Positions 1 to 10,128 of a stretch of 64,000 bases of DNA are shown piece after piece; the stretch's first letter is position 1; every line of letters begins with the position of its first letter. The notes beneath the pieces are model-generated. The model searched no databases. It saw only the letters and a program-made list of their open reading frames with translations, and had not been told where the DNA came from. The position numbers and the translations under genes are program-made. The stretch is from Candidatus Woesearchaeota archaeon (GTDB lineage Archaea > Nanobdellota > Nanobdellia > UBA10117 > ARS21), in assembly GCA_964344605.1 (NCBI GenBank), contig CAYFNR010000003.1, positions 1,289 to 65,288 on the forward strand, read 5' to 3'.

Positions 1-950
1 ACTTCAAAACAGACAAGCCAGGAATTGTGAGTCTTCCCTGGAGAATTGACTGGCCAATGAGATGGGCTTATGAAAGTGTTGACTTTGAACCTGGAGGGAA
101 AGAACATTCAACTCATGGAGGATCAAGAACTACAGCAGTAGAAGTAGTTCGCGAAATTTACGACAATAAACCTCCGGTGTATCAGATGTATGATTTTGTT
201 ATTATTAAAGGGGCTGGTGGTAAAATGTCCAGTTCACTAGGTAATGTACTCTCAATAGGAGATGTCCTAAGAGTTTACTCTCCAGAAGTTTTGAGATATA
301 TATTTGCAGGTACCAAACCAGTCAAAGAATTCTCATTCGATTTGGATGAAGACGTCCTAAAAATAGTCGAAGACTTTTATCAATGCGAGAGAATTTACTA
401 TGGATTAGAAAAAGCTAGTCCTCGAGATAAAGCTCATTGGTCAAGAGTTTATGAAATGTCTGTGATTCAAAAGCCAAGTAAGAACATTCCTATTCAACCA
501 AGTTTTAGAAAGTGCTTGGAGTTAATTAACATTTACAGAACACCCAAAAAGGCACTTGCTTCCATCAAGAAACTAGAGAAAGTTTCTGGAAAAAGGAACT
601 TAGAAAGATATGAAAATATGTTGCAAAATGCGAAGAATTGGCTGGAACTTACAAAGAATGAAAGATACATATTCTCAGTCAATAAGAAAGCTCCAAAGAT
701 TAGACTAAATAAGAATATGAAATCTGCAATTAAAAGTTTAGCAGACACCCTTGACACAAGTTTATCTGAAGACAAATTGAAGGTTAAAATTAATAATGCA
801 ATTAAGGAAAATGAAGTACAAGCTAGAGATTTCTATCAAACAATTTACAAGATTCTAATCAGCAAAACTTCTGGACCCAGATTAGCTCCGTTTATTTTGG
901 CTATGGGTCAGAGAAAAGTCAGAAAATTACTTAGGACAAATCTTGCTTAA
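1..950 (+). CDS. lysK: Lysyl-tRNA synthetase, class I (C-terminal part; 5' end lies outside the window)
   Basis: The frame stays open to the window edge (FKTDKPGIV precedes the GTG listed at 27). Motifs LPWRIDWPMRW, VDFEPGGKEH and KMSSS (KMSKS-type) fit archaeal class I LysRS. Confidence 0.8.
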   Translation, partial: FKTDKPGIVSLPWRIDWPMRWAYESVDFEPGGKEHSTHGGSRTTAVEVVREIYDNKPPVYQMYDFVIIKGAGGKMSSSLGNVLSIGDVLRVYSPEVLRYIFAGTKPVKEFSFDLDEDVLKIVEDFYQCERIYYGLEKASPRDKAHWSRVYEMSVIQKPSKNIPIQPSFRKCLELINIYRTPKKALASIKKLEKVSGKRNLERYENMLQNAKNWLELTKNERYIFSVNKKAPKIRLNKNMKSAIKSLADTLDTSLSEDKLKVKINNAIKENEVQARDFYQTIYKILISKTSGPRLAPFILAMGQRKVRKLLRTNLA

Positions 951-2594
951 ATCTATCTCAAAAACAACAGCTGGGACTTCTAACCCCCATTTCTGTAGAA
1001 CATCTGGATGAATTTCACCAATCAAACCTACTCGTTTGCCATTTATTTTTATCTCACCAGATCTTCCTTGTATGAAACTAGGATAATCTCTCTCAGTCAC
1101 AGAGTACTTCATTCCAAGAGATTTTACCAGGGCTTTCAAAACCTGCTTAGCCATTGTAAAGTTAACTCCCATTCCTGCATGAGCATAAGCAAGGGTCCTT
1201 ACAGTGTCAGTTCCAGTCTCTGCCTTTGTGTTCAAAGTTACGCAATCTCCTACTTCAAATATCCTTTGCGGATACGCAACTTTTGTGTTTCTACTCAAAA
1301 ATTCCATCATGGATGGAATCATCCAATTTCTTAAAGTTGACCAGTTGGAAGAAACGGGATTTTCAATCTCTATTACTCTCTCTTCTGGCAGGTTCATCTT
1401 TTCAAACAAATTTCTTTTGTTTGTTAGAGTAAAAGTCATAATTTCCTGGGCTACGAACCCTACCATTACTTCACGTACGAGTTTTGAAAAGTTTTGGAGC
1501 TTATCATACTCTCCCGAAGTCACAAGTTCCGGAATTTCAGGTTCAATTTTATTGTATCCATACGCAATTATTGCGTCCTCAATTATATCGATCGGGTGCA
1601 TTATATCTTGTCTCCATTCTGGATATTTTATGTGAAGGTGTTCGGAATCATAATCTACATCGTATCTCGCTTTCTTCAAAAGCCGTGCCGCTTCAGCTGG
1701 CTTAAGATTTAAACCAGAAACTCTATTTATACTGTCAACAGATAGGACATAATCCTTCTCTGCAAAGACGGGTGTCATTACCTCCTTTCTGGACCGGTGG
1801 TTTATCAACGCAGACTCTATTTTTCCTCCACGATCTGCCATGGCCATAACCATAACTTTAAGTGCAGGTTCAACTTGCTTGTAATCAAAACCGGTTACCT
1901 CAATAAGAAGATTCTTGGTTTTTTTAGTAACTTTTCCACTGTAATCTGAATTGATTATTGGCGGCATGGAAAGAACTCTTTTCTTAGCATCTATGATCAT
2001 AGGATACTCTTTATACTTCTTAACTAAATGTCCGTACTCTTGCCCTTTTGGATGTTTCTCAAGGATTTCAGCAGGAGTCAACCTGTCTTTGAACTCAAGC
2101 GGTATGAAAGCCGCTTTATGTGGCTTCACTGTTGTATAAAGAATTGGTGGAGTGATTCTGTCCAAATCATAGACTCCAATTGAGGCCCTGGCTCTTTTTC
2201 TGCCAAAAGTTCCCGCAACTTTTTCCTGCAACTGTATCATTTGCTGAAGAACTTCTTCCGTTATTTTTATATCTCTAATAACTGCGCATCCTATCACTGG
2301 ACGGACTTTCTCAACCTTGCTAGTAACATTAACTCCGAATTTTCCCTTACTAACTTTGTATTTAGGAATACCATTTTCTTTAGTGTAGAAAGGTTTTATT
2401 GCACGGGCAATTCCCTCTGTACTCCACAGATCTGGACGGTTGCTGTCGGATATCTCTATTTTAATATTATCGCCATCAACTTCTTCAAGTTCCCCTTTTA
2501 CATAATGAACTGCTTCACTTTCCAACTCTTCGACAGTAAATTTTCTACCAACAAGTTTTTCCAGATCTTCTTTAGACAATTCTATAGTTGGCAT
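927..2594 (-). CDS. pheT: Phenylalanyl-tRNA synthetase beta subunit (archaeal type)
   Basis: MPTIELSKEDLEKLVGRKF...NRPDLWSTEGIARA N-terminus and ~555 aa length are typical of archaeal PheT. Start placed at ATG 2594, which overlaps the pheS stop by 1 nt (TAATG), rather than at the upstream ATG 2621. Confidence 0.9.
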   Translation of the reverse strand: MPTIELSKEDLEKLVGRKFTVEELESEAVHYVKGELEEVDGDNIKIEISDSNRPDLWSTEGIARAIKPFYTKENGIPKYKVSKGKFGVNVTSKVEKVRPVIGCAVIRDIKITEEVLQQMIQLQEKVAGTFGRKRARASIGVYDLDRITPPILYTTVKPHKAAFIPLEFKDRLTPAEILEKHPKGQEYGHLVKKYKEYPMIIDAKKRVLSMPPIINSDYSGKVTKKTKNLLIEVTGFDYKQVEPALKVMVMAMADRGGKIESALINHRSRKEVMTPVFAEKDYVLSVDSINRVSGLNLKPAEAARLLKKARYDVDYDSEHLHIKYPEWRQDIMHPIDIIEDAIIAYGYNKIEPEIPELVTSGEYDKLQNFSKLVREVMVGFVAQEIMTFTLTNKRNLFEKMNLPEERVIEIENPVSSNWSTLRNWMIPSMMEFLSRNTKVAYPQRIFEVGDCVTLNTKAETGTDTVRTLAYAHAGMGVNFTMAKQVLKALVKSLGMKYSVTERDYPSFIQGRSGEIKINGKRVGLIGEIHPDVLQKWGLEVPAVVFEIDLSKICPK

Positions 2595-4090
2595 TATATT
2601 TGCTTCTCCTTTCTTAACCAACCCAAATCATAGCTAAACAAGTAACGAATGTCATCAATTCCTAACTTAGACATGGCCAATCTATCCATTCCAAGACCCC
2701 AAGCCATAACCGGCTCTTTAACTCCAAGAGCTTCTTTTAATTCTGGACGGAACAATCCTGCCCCCCCGAGTTCAACCCATCCAAGCTTAGGATGTTTTGC
2801 GAACAGCTCAACACTTGGCTCAGTAAATGGGAAGTAAGCTGGAGCTACGCGAATCTCCTCTGCACCAGCAAATTCCTTGGCAAACTGCTTCAGTATTCCA
2901 ATCAATTTTCTAAATGTTAAATCTTTGTCAATAATTATTCCTTCTATTTGATTAAACTCAATTAAATGCGTGGCATCCAAAACATCTGGTCGATAACATC
3001 TGGCAGTTGCGAAATATCTCCCTGGGACTTCAACTCCTTTTGCAAGCCATCTGGCTGAAAGCGCTGTACCTTGGGAACGGGGCATGAGTTTGCCCGCTAC
3101 TTTTGGATCCCATTTATACTGCCATCCAGTAGAACGCGTCTTTCCACCCTTCTCATGTGCACGCTTTACAGATGAAGATATTTTAGGCAACTTTCCATGC
3201 TTTGGATATTTCAGCGTGTAAGTGTCATGAATAGTTCTAGCGGGATGATTCTGAGGTTGGAACAAAGCATCGAAGTTCCAAAATTCCGTTTCGATTAGTG
3301 GGCCAGTCATCTCCTTGAAACCCATTTCTACGAGCTTCTCTCTAATCTTGTCAACGAACTGATTATAGGGCTGTTTTTTTCCAGGATAAATATCTGGGAC
3401 TCTTGCAGATACATCGAATCGCCTGAAAGGCGCTTTTTCCCATTCCCTATTCTTGATTATATTGGGAGTTAGATTTCCAATTCTTCTTCCAGTTGGAAGG
3501 TAAGGTAGAATCTGCCTACCCATGGATGTAATTTTGAAATTTATCGTTTGCTTCTCCAAAGTCTTGATGACTTGCTTACGCTTTGACAGAGCAGCATAAG
3601 CTTTGAGTTCCTCATCGTTCAGTGTTGTGAGGTCTAATTCTCCTGCCTTGGCCACTTTAATCATGAGTTTACCTTCAGAAGTAAGCCTAACTCTTTTACC
3701 TGCCGAAGTTATGCTTACAATTCCACTATCAAATTTAACCAATCCACGTTTTTTGAGGTACCCAATCGCAAAGTGCAGTTCGTCTTTTGACAATTTCTGT
3801 GAAAGCTCCTCAACAGAAAGATCTTGTTTTTTAATTAGATTTAACAACTTAAGCTCAGGTAAAGTAGTCTTAATATACTTCTTTCCATGCCTATCAAGTA
3901 CTACAACCTTCCTAGCTAAGCGTTTGGTTTCAATAAGCCCTTTATTTTCCAGCCACATGCCAGCACGCATGAACTCAACTTTAGAGAGACCTTTAAGACC
4001 TTCAATAATTTCCAAATGTGACTTTCCAAATCCACGCAGAACCACAATTTCAGCATCCTGCAAAGTCTCAGCTATTTTCTTAAGATCCAT
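2594..4090 (-). CDS. pheS: Phenylalanyl-tRNA synthetase alpha subunit
   Basis: Class II core motifs FWNFDALFQPQNHPARTIHDTY, FATARCYRPD and GWVELGGAGLFRPE. GGAGG Shine-Dalgarno about 10 nt upstream of ATG 4090. Confidence 0.9.
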   Translation of the reverse strand: MDLKKIAETLQDAEIVVLRGFGKSHLEIIEGLKGLSKVEFMRAGMWLENKGLIETKRLARKVVVLDRHGKKYIKTTLPELKLLNLIKKQDLSVEELSQKLSKDELHFAIGYLKKRGLVKFDSGIVSITSAGKRVRLTSEGKLMIKVAKAGELDLTTLNDEELKAYAALSKRKQVIKTLEKQTINFKITSMGRQILPYLPTGRRIGNLTPNIIKNREWEKAPFRRFDVSARVPDIYPGKKQPYNQFVDKIREKLVEMGFKEMTGPLIETEFWNFDALFQPQNHPARTIHDTYTLKYPKHGKLPKISSSVKRAHEKGGKTRSTGWQYKWDPKVAGKLMPRSQGTALSARWLAKGVEVPGRYFATARCYRPDVLDATHLIEFNQIEGIIIDKDLTFRKLIGILKQFAKEFAGAEEIRVAPAYFPFTEPSVELFAKHPKLGWVELGGAGLFRPELKEALGVKEPVMAWGLGMDRLAMSKLGIDDIRYLFSYDLGWLRKEKQI

Positions 4091-4227
4091 TAGAAAATTA
4101 ATCCTCCTAAGTTATTTAATAGTTTTCTAGAATCGGCTAGAAGTGATTTACTGCTCAACAAAGGGGCAACCACATCCAAATGCCATAGCATTCTTAGAAC
4201 ATTGGAGCTTATAAAATCTTCGAAAAG

Positions 4228-4302
4228 TGGGCGAGCGCGGATTTGAACCGCGGACCTCTGCGTTATCAGCACAGCGCTCTAACCTGGCTGAGCTACCCGC
4301 CC
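4228..4302 (-). tRNA. tRNA-Ile (anticodon GAU)
   Basis: 75-nt cloverleaf folded by hand on the minus strand. Acceptor GGGCGGG/CTCGCCC, D arm GCTC-AGCCAGGTTA-GAGC, anticodon stem CTGTG/CGCAG with loop CTGATAA, variable AGGTC, T arm CGCGG-TTCAAAT-CCGCG, discriminator A. No encoded CCA and no intron. It is a GC-rich island in AT-rich DNA. Confidence 0.9.
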
Positions 4303-4404
4303 ATACATTTTGACTGTGAACTTGATTTAAAAATGTGTCTATTGTAATTTTACGCCCTTAAAGAAGTAAATAATAGTTTTAAGCATAAAATGTAATCAAT
4401 ACAC

Positions 4405-6288
4405 ATGGCTGAAGTTGAACTTAAGAGGAGTATTTCTTTTGGTGTTCTTGTCCTTTTGGCAATCAATGCTATAATTGGAACAGGTATATTCTTCGTCCCT
4501 GGAATTGCAGCAAAAATTGCTGGTCCTGCTTCTTTAATATCTTGGATAGGAGTCGCAATAATCGCTCTTTTAGTCGCCGCTTGCTTCGCCGAACTAGTTG
4601 GAATGTTTCCAAAAGCCGGAGGAGTATATGAATTTACCAAACAATCTTTTGGTGAATTTGGCGGGTTCATTGTTGGTTGGACTTCTTGGATGGTCGCGAA
4701 CGTTACAATAGCTATGCTCGCAATCGGATCATTAGAATATTTAGGAATCTTTCTAGAATTCTCTTTAATTCAAAAGACCATCATTGCTTTGATTACTGTC
4801 GCCCTTATCAATGCTGTATCATTCAGAGGGATAGACCTATCAGTTAAAGTCCTTCTAATCTTTGCGATAGTCACTATATTGAGTCTTTGGACAATAATGA
4901 GTTGGGGTGTTTACTACTTCGATCTCTCTAAAATACAGTTCTTAGAAATTTTTCCAAAAGTATCTTTAGTCATAGCTATGCTCTACATCCTGGAAACTTT
5001 CTTTGGCTGGGAAACAGTCGCCAATTTGGCAGAGGAAACAAAAGATCCAGAAAGAGTTGTTCCAAGAGTTATGATGATTGGAACAATTGGTGTAATAATT
5101 CTTGCGGTTGGAGTCGTTACCATTGCTCTTGGATCGGTTCACTGGGAGACGCTTGCAAATTCCACATCTCCTTTGACTGATGTTGCGCAAGTTATTATGG
5201 GACCTATCGGAGCAAAAATAATGGCTATATTAATATTCTTAAATATTTTTGGGGGTGCAGCGGCTTGGATTATAACAACACCAAGGCTTATTTTCGCTTT
5301 AGCTAGAGATGGATTACTACCTAAATTCCTAAGCAAGATCCATCCAGTACACCGGACCCCATATGGCGCAATAATTGCTCAGGCAATTCTCTCGGGCTTA
5401 ATAATTTTAACAGGTTCTTATCAGCTACTGCTCGAGCTAGTTTTGCCCTTGGCCATTTTCATGTATGCCATGGTTGTAGTTAGCGTCACAATTCTGAGAT
5501 TCACAAAGCCAGAAGTCGTGAGAACTTTCAAAGTTCCGTTCGGCAAGGTCTTGCCCGTAGCGGTAGCACTAATACTTGTATTCCTAGCCGGAGCAATAGA
5601 ATTCACGACAACAATAACTGCTGGAATGTTTGTGCTACTTGGAATCCCTCTCTACCTTCTGACTAGAGTTGAAACCAAGCCAGAAATTGCAAAGAAACTA
5701 ATTGAATTTTCAAGTCCACTACAGCGACTAACCTATGGGTTTATCAGTGGAAAACATCACAAACACATCCTTAATTATTTTCAAGGTATGGAAGGTGGAA
5801 AAATTCTTAACATGGGCTGCAACGTTGGAGAGCTAAGTAAAGACTTAAGTAAAGTTGTAGGGCCACGCGGCCATGTTATCGCAACAGAAGTCTCAGAAAG
5901 AGACTTAAAGCAGGCAAATAAACTGGCAAGGAAAAATAATATTCAAAACATATTTTTTGTGTTGGAAGATTCAGAAAACAGGCACAACATCCATCAAAAC
6001 GTTAAACATATACACGGGGCAACCTCTATAGGATTGCTTGGATATCTGACAGAACCAGGGAAGGTGCTACACGAATTAAACAAACGCATGGTTCCGGGAG
6101 GGAAAGTATACTTTATTGAATATGATAGAATATTCAAATTTTTACGTGCGAAAGACTGGCTAAAGTCGGATGAAAGTATAATCACAACATTTTCGAACTA
6201 CGGATTCCAAGTGCAAGTTAAGAGGGAAAAAGGTTTACTCTGGAATTCAATCCATATAATTGGATGGAAATCACGGCATATTAAATGA
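4405..6288 (+). CDS. APC-superfamily amino acid/polyamine permease fused to a C-terminal class I SAM-methyltransferase-like domain
   Basis: N-terminal ~440 aa is multi-TM with APC-like segments (AINAIIGTGIFFVPG, FAELVGMFPKAGGVYEF). C-terminal ~185 aa has Rossmann-MTase-like motifs (GGKILNMGCNVGE, HVIATEVS, MVPGGKVYFIEYD). Confidence 0.7.
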   Translation: MAEVELKRSISFGVLVLLAINAIIGTGIFFVPGIAAKIAGPASLISWIGVAIIALLVAACFAELVGMFPKAGGVYEFTKQSFGEFGGFIVGWTSWMVANVTIAMLAIGSLEYLGIFLEFSLIQKTIIALITVALINAVSFRGIDLSVKVLLIFAIVTILSLWTIMSWGVYYFDLSKIQFLEIFPKVSLVIAMLYILETFFGWETVANLAEETKDPERVVPRVMMIGTIGVIILAVGVVTIALGSVHWETLANSTSPLTDVAQVIMGPIGAKIMAILIFLNIFGGAAAWIITTPRLIFALARDGLLPKFLSKIHPVHRTPYGAIIAQAILSGLIILTGSYQLLLELVLPLAIFMYAMVVVSVTILRFTKPEVVRTFKVPFGKVLPVAVALILVFLAGAIEFTTTITAGMFVLLGIPLYLLTRVETKPEIAKKLIEFSSPLQRLTYGFISGKHHKHILNYFQGMEGGKILNMGCNVGELSKDLSKVVGPRGHVIATEVSERDLKQANKLARKNNIQNIFFVLEDSENRHNIHQNVKHIHGATSIGLLGYLTEPGKVLHELNKRMVPGGKVYFIEYDRIFKFLRAKDWLKSDESIITTFSNYGFQVQVKREKGLLWNSIHIIGWKSRHIK

Positions 6289-6295
6289 GAAACCA

Positions 6296-6303
6296 TTATA
6301 AAT
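6296..6303 (+). promoter_or_regulatory. TATA-like box for valS (leaderless arrangement)
   Basis: TTATAAAT centred about 24 nt upstream of ATG 6324, with no Shine-Dalgarno in between. The same spacing recurs at many operon-leading genes in this window. Confidence 0.45.
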
Positions 6304-6323
6304 CTCCCTCTAAACATTAAACT

Positions 6324-8666
6324 ATGAGAGATATAGGTAGACCGCCAGCGAATTATAGAGACACAGAATCTAAATGGCAGAAGTACTGGGAAAGAAATAA
6401 AATTTACAAATTTAATCCAAAGTCAAAAAAACCTCTGTACTCTATCGACACCCCTCCCCCAACAGTTTCGGGCCAAATGCACATCGGACACGCATTTTCG
6501 TATTCACAAACTGATTTTATAGCTAGGTTTCAGAGAATGTCTGGCAAGAATGTATTCTATCCTTTCGGAACTGACGACAATGGATTAGCTACAGAGAAAC
6601 TTATACAAAAAGAAAAGAAGGTCTCTGCCAGCAAAATGGATAGGGATGCATTCATCAAATTATGTTTGTCTACACTCAAAGAATTAAGGCCTGGATTTGT
6701 ACAAGACTGGAAAGATATTGGATTAAGTGCTGACTTCTCAATTAATTATTCAACAATAGATAATCATAGTAGAAAGATTGCTCAAAAAACCTTCTTGAAT
6801 CTAGCAAAGAAAGGTTTGGTTTACAGAAAAGAATCTCCAGTTATGTGGGACACATCTTTTCAAACAGCAATTGCCCAAGCGGAGCTCGAAGGCGTAGAAA
6901 GAACTACTTTCATGAACGAAATAAAATTCAAAACAAGCGATGGCAAAGATCTAATAATTGCAACAACAAGACCTGAATTGTTGGGTGCATGTGTATCTGT
7001 AATGATTAATCCGGAAGACAAACGAGCGAAGAAACTCATTGGAAAAACAGCAACGACGCCACTTTATAATCACAAAGTTCCAATTATTGCAGACAATAAA
7101 GTAGACTTAGAAAAAGGTACAGGAATTTTAATGTGTTGTACCTTTGGAGACCAAGTTGATATGGAATGGTACAAAAAGTACAACCTTCCGCTAAAGATGA
7201 TTATAACTTCCAATGGTAAAATGAACAAAGCATCTGGAAAATATTCTGGACTGAAAATAGTTGAAGCAAGGAAAAAAATAATTGAGGATCTAAAAAAGGC
7301 AGGGTTACTTTTTAAACAAACTAAACGAAAACAGATTGTTCAAGTTGGTGAAAGATCAAAAGAGCCGGTTGAAATAATTAATTCCACTCAATGGTATGTT
7401 AAATATTTAGATAAAAAATCAGATTTTCTAAAAGGGATGCGAGAACTGGATTGGCATCCAAAAAACATGTCTGTTAGATTAAAAAATTGGATAACTGGAT
7501 TGAACTGGGACTGGTCCATAGCTAGGCAAAGAAAGTTTGGTGTGCCCATACCAGTGTGGTACGGTGAAGATGGTAAAGTTTACTACGCAGATAAATCTCA
7601 ATTGCCTGTTGATCCTGTAAAAGATAGGCCAAAGTCGGCTCCCATAGGCTCAAAACTGACTCCCGAAAAAGACGTGTTTGACACGTGGTTCACCTCCGCA
7701 AGTTCGCCACACTTAGCTATAAATTTGGTGAAAAGTCCTAGCACACGCAAGAAATTATTTCCTATGAATCTTAGACCACAAGCACATGACATAATAAATT
7801 TCTGGCTTTTTTACACTCTCGCCAAAAGCAGGATTCTTCACAAAACAAATCCTTGGAAAGCCACCACCATTTCTGGCCATGTACAAGACCCTCATGGGAG
7901 AAAAATGTCTAAATCTTTGGGCAACATAATTGAGCCTTCTAAAATCCTAAATAAATTCAGCGCAGATGCATTGAGATATTTTTCTTCATCCAAAAAATTA
8001 GGTGAAGATGCTCCTTTCCAAGAAAAAGAGCTGGTCTCTGGAACGAAACTTATGAACAAAATATGGAACACAGCAAGATTTGTATTTATGAATATGGACT
8101 CAATGCCAAAAGCTAAACCAACAAAATTAGAACTGGAAGACAGATGGATACTTTCCAGACTGGACACAGCATACCAAAAATATATGTCTAACTTCAACAA
8201 CTATGATTCAAGGGGGGCCAAACATGAAATCGAAATGTTCTTCTTACATGAATTCTGTGATTTCTATCTCGAAATGATTAAAAGCAGGATTTATGGAGAT
8301 AATAAAAACAGTAAGTATGCTGCACTCTGGACAGCCCATAGAGTACTGTACAGCACATTACAGTTATTCTCTCCAATTCTATGCTTTACGACAGAAGATT
8401 TGTATCAAAATCTTTACAAGAAGGAAAAGAAGTTCAGTAGCATACACTTAACCGAATTTGAAAAGTTGGGCAAGAAAAATTCTGAAGCAGAAAGGCTCGG
8501 TAAGTTAGCATGTAGCATCATATCTGAAATTCGCCAATACAAGCAGAAAAAAGGTATAAGTTTGGGAGCTGAATTAGACACCTATAACTTGAAGAAAAAA
8601 CCAAAGGATTGGAAGAAAATAGAAAACGTTGTTAAAAGAACCATGCGAATAAAAGAAGCAAGGTAA
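6324..8666 (+). CDS. valS: Valyl-tRNA synthetase
   Basis: Class Ia motifs PPTVSGQMHIGHAFSY (HIGH) and KMSKSLGN, editing-domain CTFGDQVDMEW, and RQRKFGVPIPVWY. The 780 aa length fits archaeal ValRS better than LeuRS or IleRS. Confidence 0.8.
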   Translation: MRDIGRPPANYRDTESKWQKYWERNKIYKFNPKSKKPLYSIDTPPPTVSGQMHIGHAFSYSQTDFIARFQRMSGKNVFYPFGTDDNGLATEKLIQKEKKVSASKMDRDAFIKLCLSTLKELRPGFVQDWKDIGLSADFSINYSTIDNHSRKIAQKTFLNLAKKGLVYRKESPVMWDTSFQTAIAQAELEGVERTTFMNEIKFKTSDGKDLIIATTRPELLGACVSVMINPEDKRAKKLIGKTATTPLYNHKVPIIADNKVDLEKGTGILMCCTFGDQVDMEWYKKYNLPLKMIITSNGKMNKASGKYSGLKIVEARKKIIEDLKKAGLLFKQTKRKQIVQVGERSKEPVEIINSTQWYVKYLDKKSDFLKGMRELDWHPKNMSVRLKNWITGLNWDWSIARQRKFGVPIPVWYGEDGKVYYADKSQLPVDPVKDRPKSAPIGSKLTPEKDVFDTWFTSASSPHLAINLVKSPSTRKKLFPMNLRPQAHDIINFWLFYTLAKSRILHKTNPWKATTISGHVQDPHGRKMSKSLGNIIEPSKILNKFSADALRYFSSSKKLGEDAPFQEKELVSGTKLMNKIWNTARFVFMNMDSMPKAKPTKLELEDRWILSRLDTAYQKYMSNFNNYDSRGAKHEIEMFFLHEFCDFYLEMIKSRIYGDNKNSKYAALWTAHRVLYSTLQLFSPILCFTTEDLYQNLYKKEKKFSSIHLTEFEKLGKKNSEAERLGKLACSIISEIRQYKQKKGISLGAELDTYNLKKKPKDWKKIENVVKRTMRIKEAR

Positions 8667-8693
8667 CACACATTCTTGACATTTCCCAAAAGA

Positions 8694-8700
8694 TTTATAA
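8694..8700 (+). promoter_or_regulatory. TATA-like box for aRF1
   Basis: TTTATAA centred about 26 nt upstream of ATG 8723. Confidence 0.4.
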
Positions 8701-8722
8701 CTCACATAAGAGAGATTAATTT

Positions 8723-9832
8723 ATGGCAGAAAAACAACAGATGGCGGCGAAGCAGCGATTCCTGCTGCAGAAGCTGGTAAAAGAACTGGGCAAGTATCGA
8801 GCTAGACATACGGAACTTGTTTCGGTATACATACCGTTAGGTTTCGACATTAACAAAGTTATTTCTCAACTATCTCAGGAACAAAGCACCGCTAGAAACA
8901 TTAAATCTACATCTACCAGAAAGAATGTTATAGACGCTCTTGAGAAGATGATTCGTGAACTAAAAGTAATTGGGAAAACTCCAAAAAATGGACTTGCGAT
9001 ATTCTCAGGAAATGTTGCGGAACGCGAAGGATCTTCTGATGTTCGTGTTTGGTCGGTAGAACCTCCGGCACCCTTAAAACTAAGATCTTACAAATGCGGA
9101 CAAGCATTTCATCTTGAACCTCTTGGAGAACTTAGTGGAGAAGTTAATTCCTATGGGTTACTTGTCCTTGATAGAAGAGAAGCAGATATTGCCATTTTAA
9201 AAGGAAAGGCCATTATACCTGTCAAAAGTTTTAAGTCCGCAGTTCCAGGAAAAATGAAAGCCGGAGGGCAGTCTGCAGCAAGGTTCGCTAGAGTTACAGA
9301 AAACCTTGCAAAAGATTTTTTCAAGAAAGTAGGGAGTTATGTAAGTGAAGAATTTGAAAAAAAGCCCGAATTAAAAGGTATAATTGTTGCAGGTCCGGGT
9401 CCAACAAAAGAAAACTTTGTTAGGGGAAATTTCCTGGACAATAAAACAAAAGAAAGAGTTATTGGAGTGCTAAATATAGGATATACTGGAGAATTTGGAC
9501 TTGAAGAGGCCGTTGAAAAATCCAGTGAATTGCTAGAAAAGGAAGAAGTGACAAAAGAAAAGAAAATTCTCGAGAAGCTCTTTAACATACTTGGATCAAA
9601 CTCAAAAATGGTTGCCTATGGTGAAAAACAAGTAAAAAAAGCTTTGGAGCTAGGGGCCGTGGGCACGCTCATCATATCTGAAGATTTTGACGATAAAAAA
9701 GCTGAGGAATTCATAAACAAAGCTGAAGAAGGTGGGAGCAAATGGGTGATGGTATCGACATCTACTCGTGAAGGAGAACAGTTAGTTGGTCTTGGAAAAA
9801 TTGGAGCTATTCTAAGATACAAGTTAGAGTAG
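8723..9832 (+). CDS. prf1: Peptide chain release factor aRF1
   Basis: NIKS motif (TARNIKSTSTRKN) and GGQ motif (KAGGQSAARFARV). Confidence 0.9.
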   Translation: MAEKQQMAAKQRFLLQKLVKELGKYRARHTELVSVYIPLGFDINKVISQLSQEQSTARNIKSTSTRKNVIDALEKMIRELKVIGKTPKNGLAIFSGNVAEREGSSDVRVWSVEPPAPLKLRSYKCGQAFHLEPLGELSGEVNSYGLLVLDRREADIAILKGKAIIPVKSFKSAVPGKMKAGGQSAARFARVTENLAKDFFKKVGSYVSEEFEKKPELKGIIVAGPGPTKENFVRGNFLDNKTKERVIGVLNIGYTGEFGLEEAVEKSSELLEKEEVTKEKKILEKLFNILGSNSKMVAYGEKQVKKALELGAVGTLIISEDFDDKKAEEFINKAEEGGSKWVMVSTSTREGEQLVGLGKIGAILRYKLE

Positions 9833-9871
9833 TCTAACAAACCTTAAAAATTATACTTAACTAAAGTATGT

Positions 9872-10078
9872 ATGTCTAAAGTTTCTTTAGCAGCGATGGA
9901 GAAAATTTTACGTGATGCTGGAGCTGAACGTGTAAGTAAAAGCGCGAAAGTGGAACTCGCTGTACTCATAGAAGAGTATGGAGAAAGAATTGGTAAAAAG
10001 TCCATACGCTTCGCCTTACATTCTGGCAGGAAAACAGTGACCGCAAAGGATATAGAACTAGCAAAAAAATCAGATTGA
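9872..10078 (+). CDS. Archaeal histone (HMf family)
   Basis: 68 aa histone fold: AAMEKILRDAGAERVSKSAKVELAVLIEEYGERIGKKSIRFALHSGRKTVTAKDIELA. Confidence 0.85.
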   Translation: MSKVSLAAMEKILRDAGAERVSKSAKVELAVLIEEYGERIGKKSIRFALHSGRKTVTAKDIELAKKSD

Positions 10079-10097
10079 ACGGTCTTTTTCTACGAAA

Positions 10098-10108
10098 CTT
10101 ATATAAAT
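10098..10108 (+). promoter_or_regulatory. TATA-like box for aIF5A
   Basis: CTTATATAAAT about 25 nt upstream of ATG 10129. This supports the internal start rather than the ORF-track start at 10075. Confidence 0.45.
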
Positions 10109-10128
10109 CTCTCGTTCCAAAACAAGGC

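Noticed and set aside
4090-4272. 60-aa minus-strand ORF between pheS and the permease.
   Set aside because: It overlaps the tRNA-Ile gene (4228-4302) and its downstream spacer. The tRNA explains the conserved GC-rich sequence.
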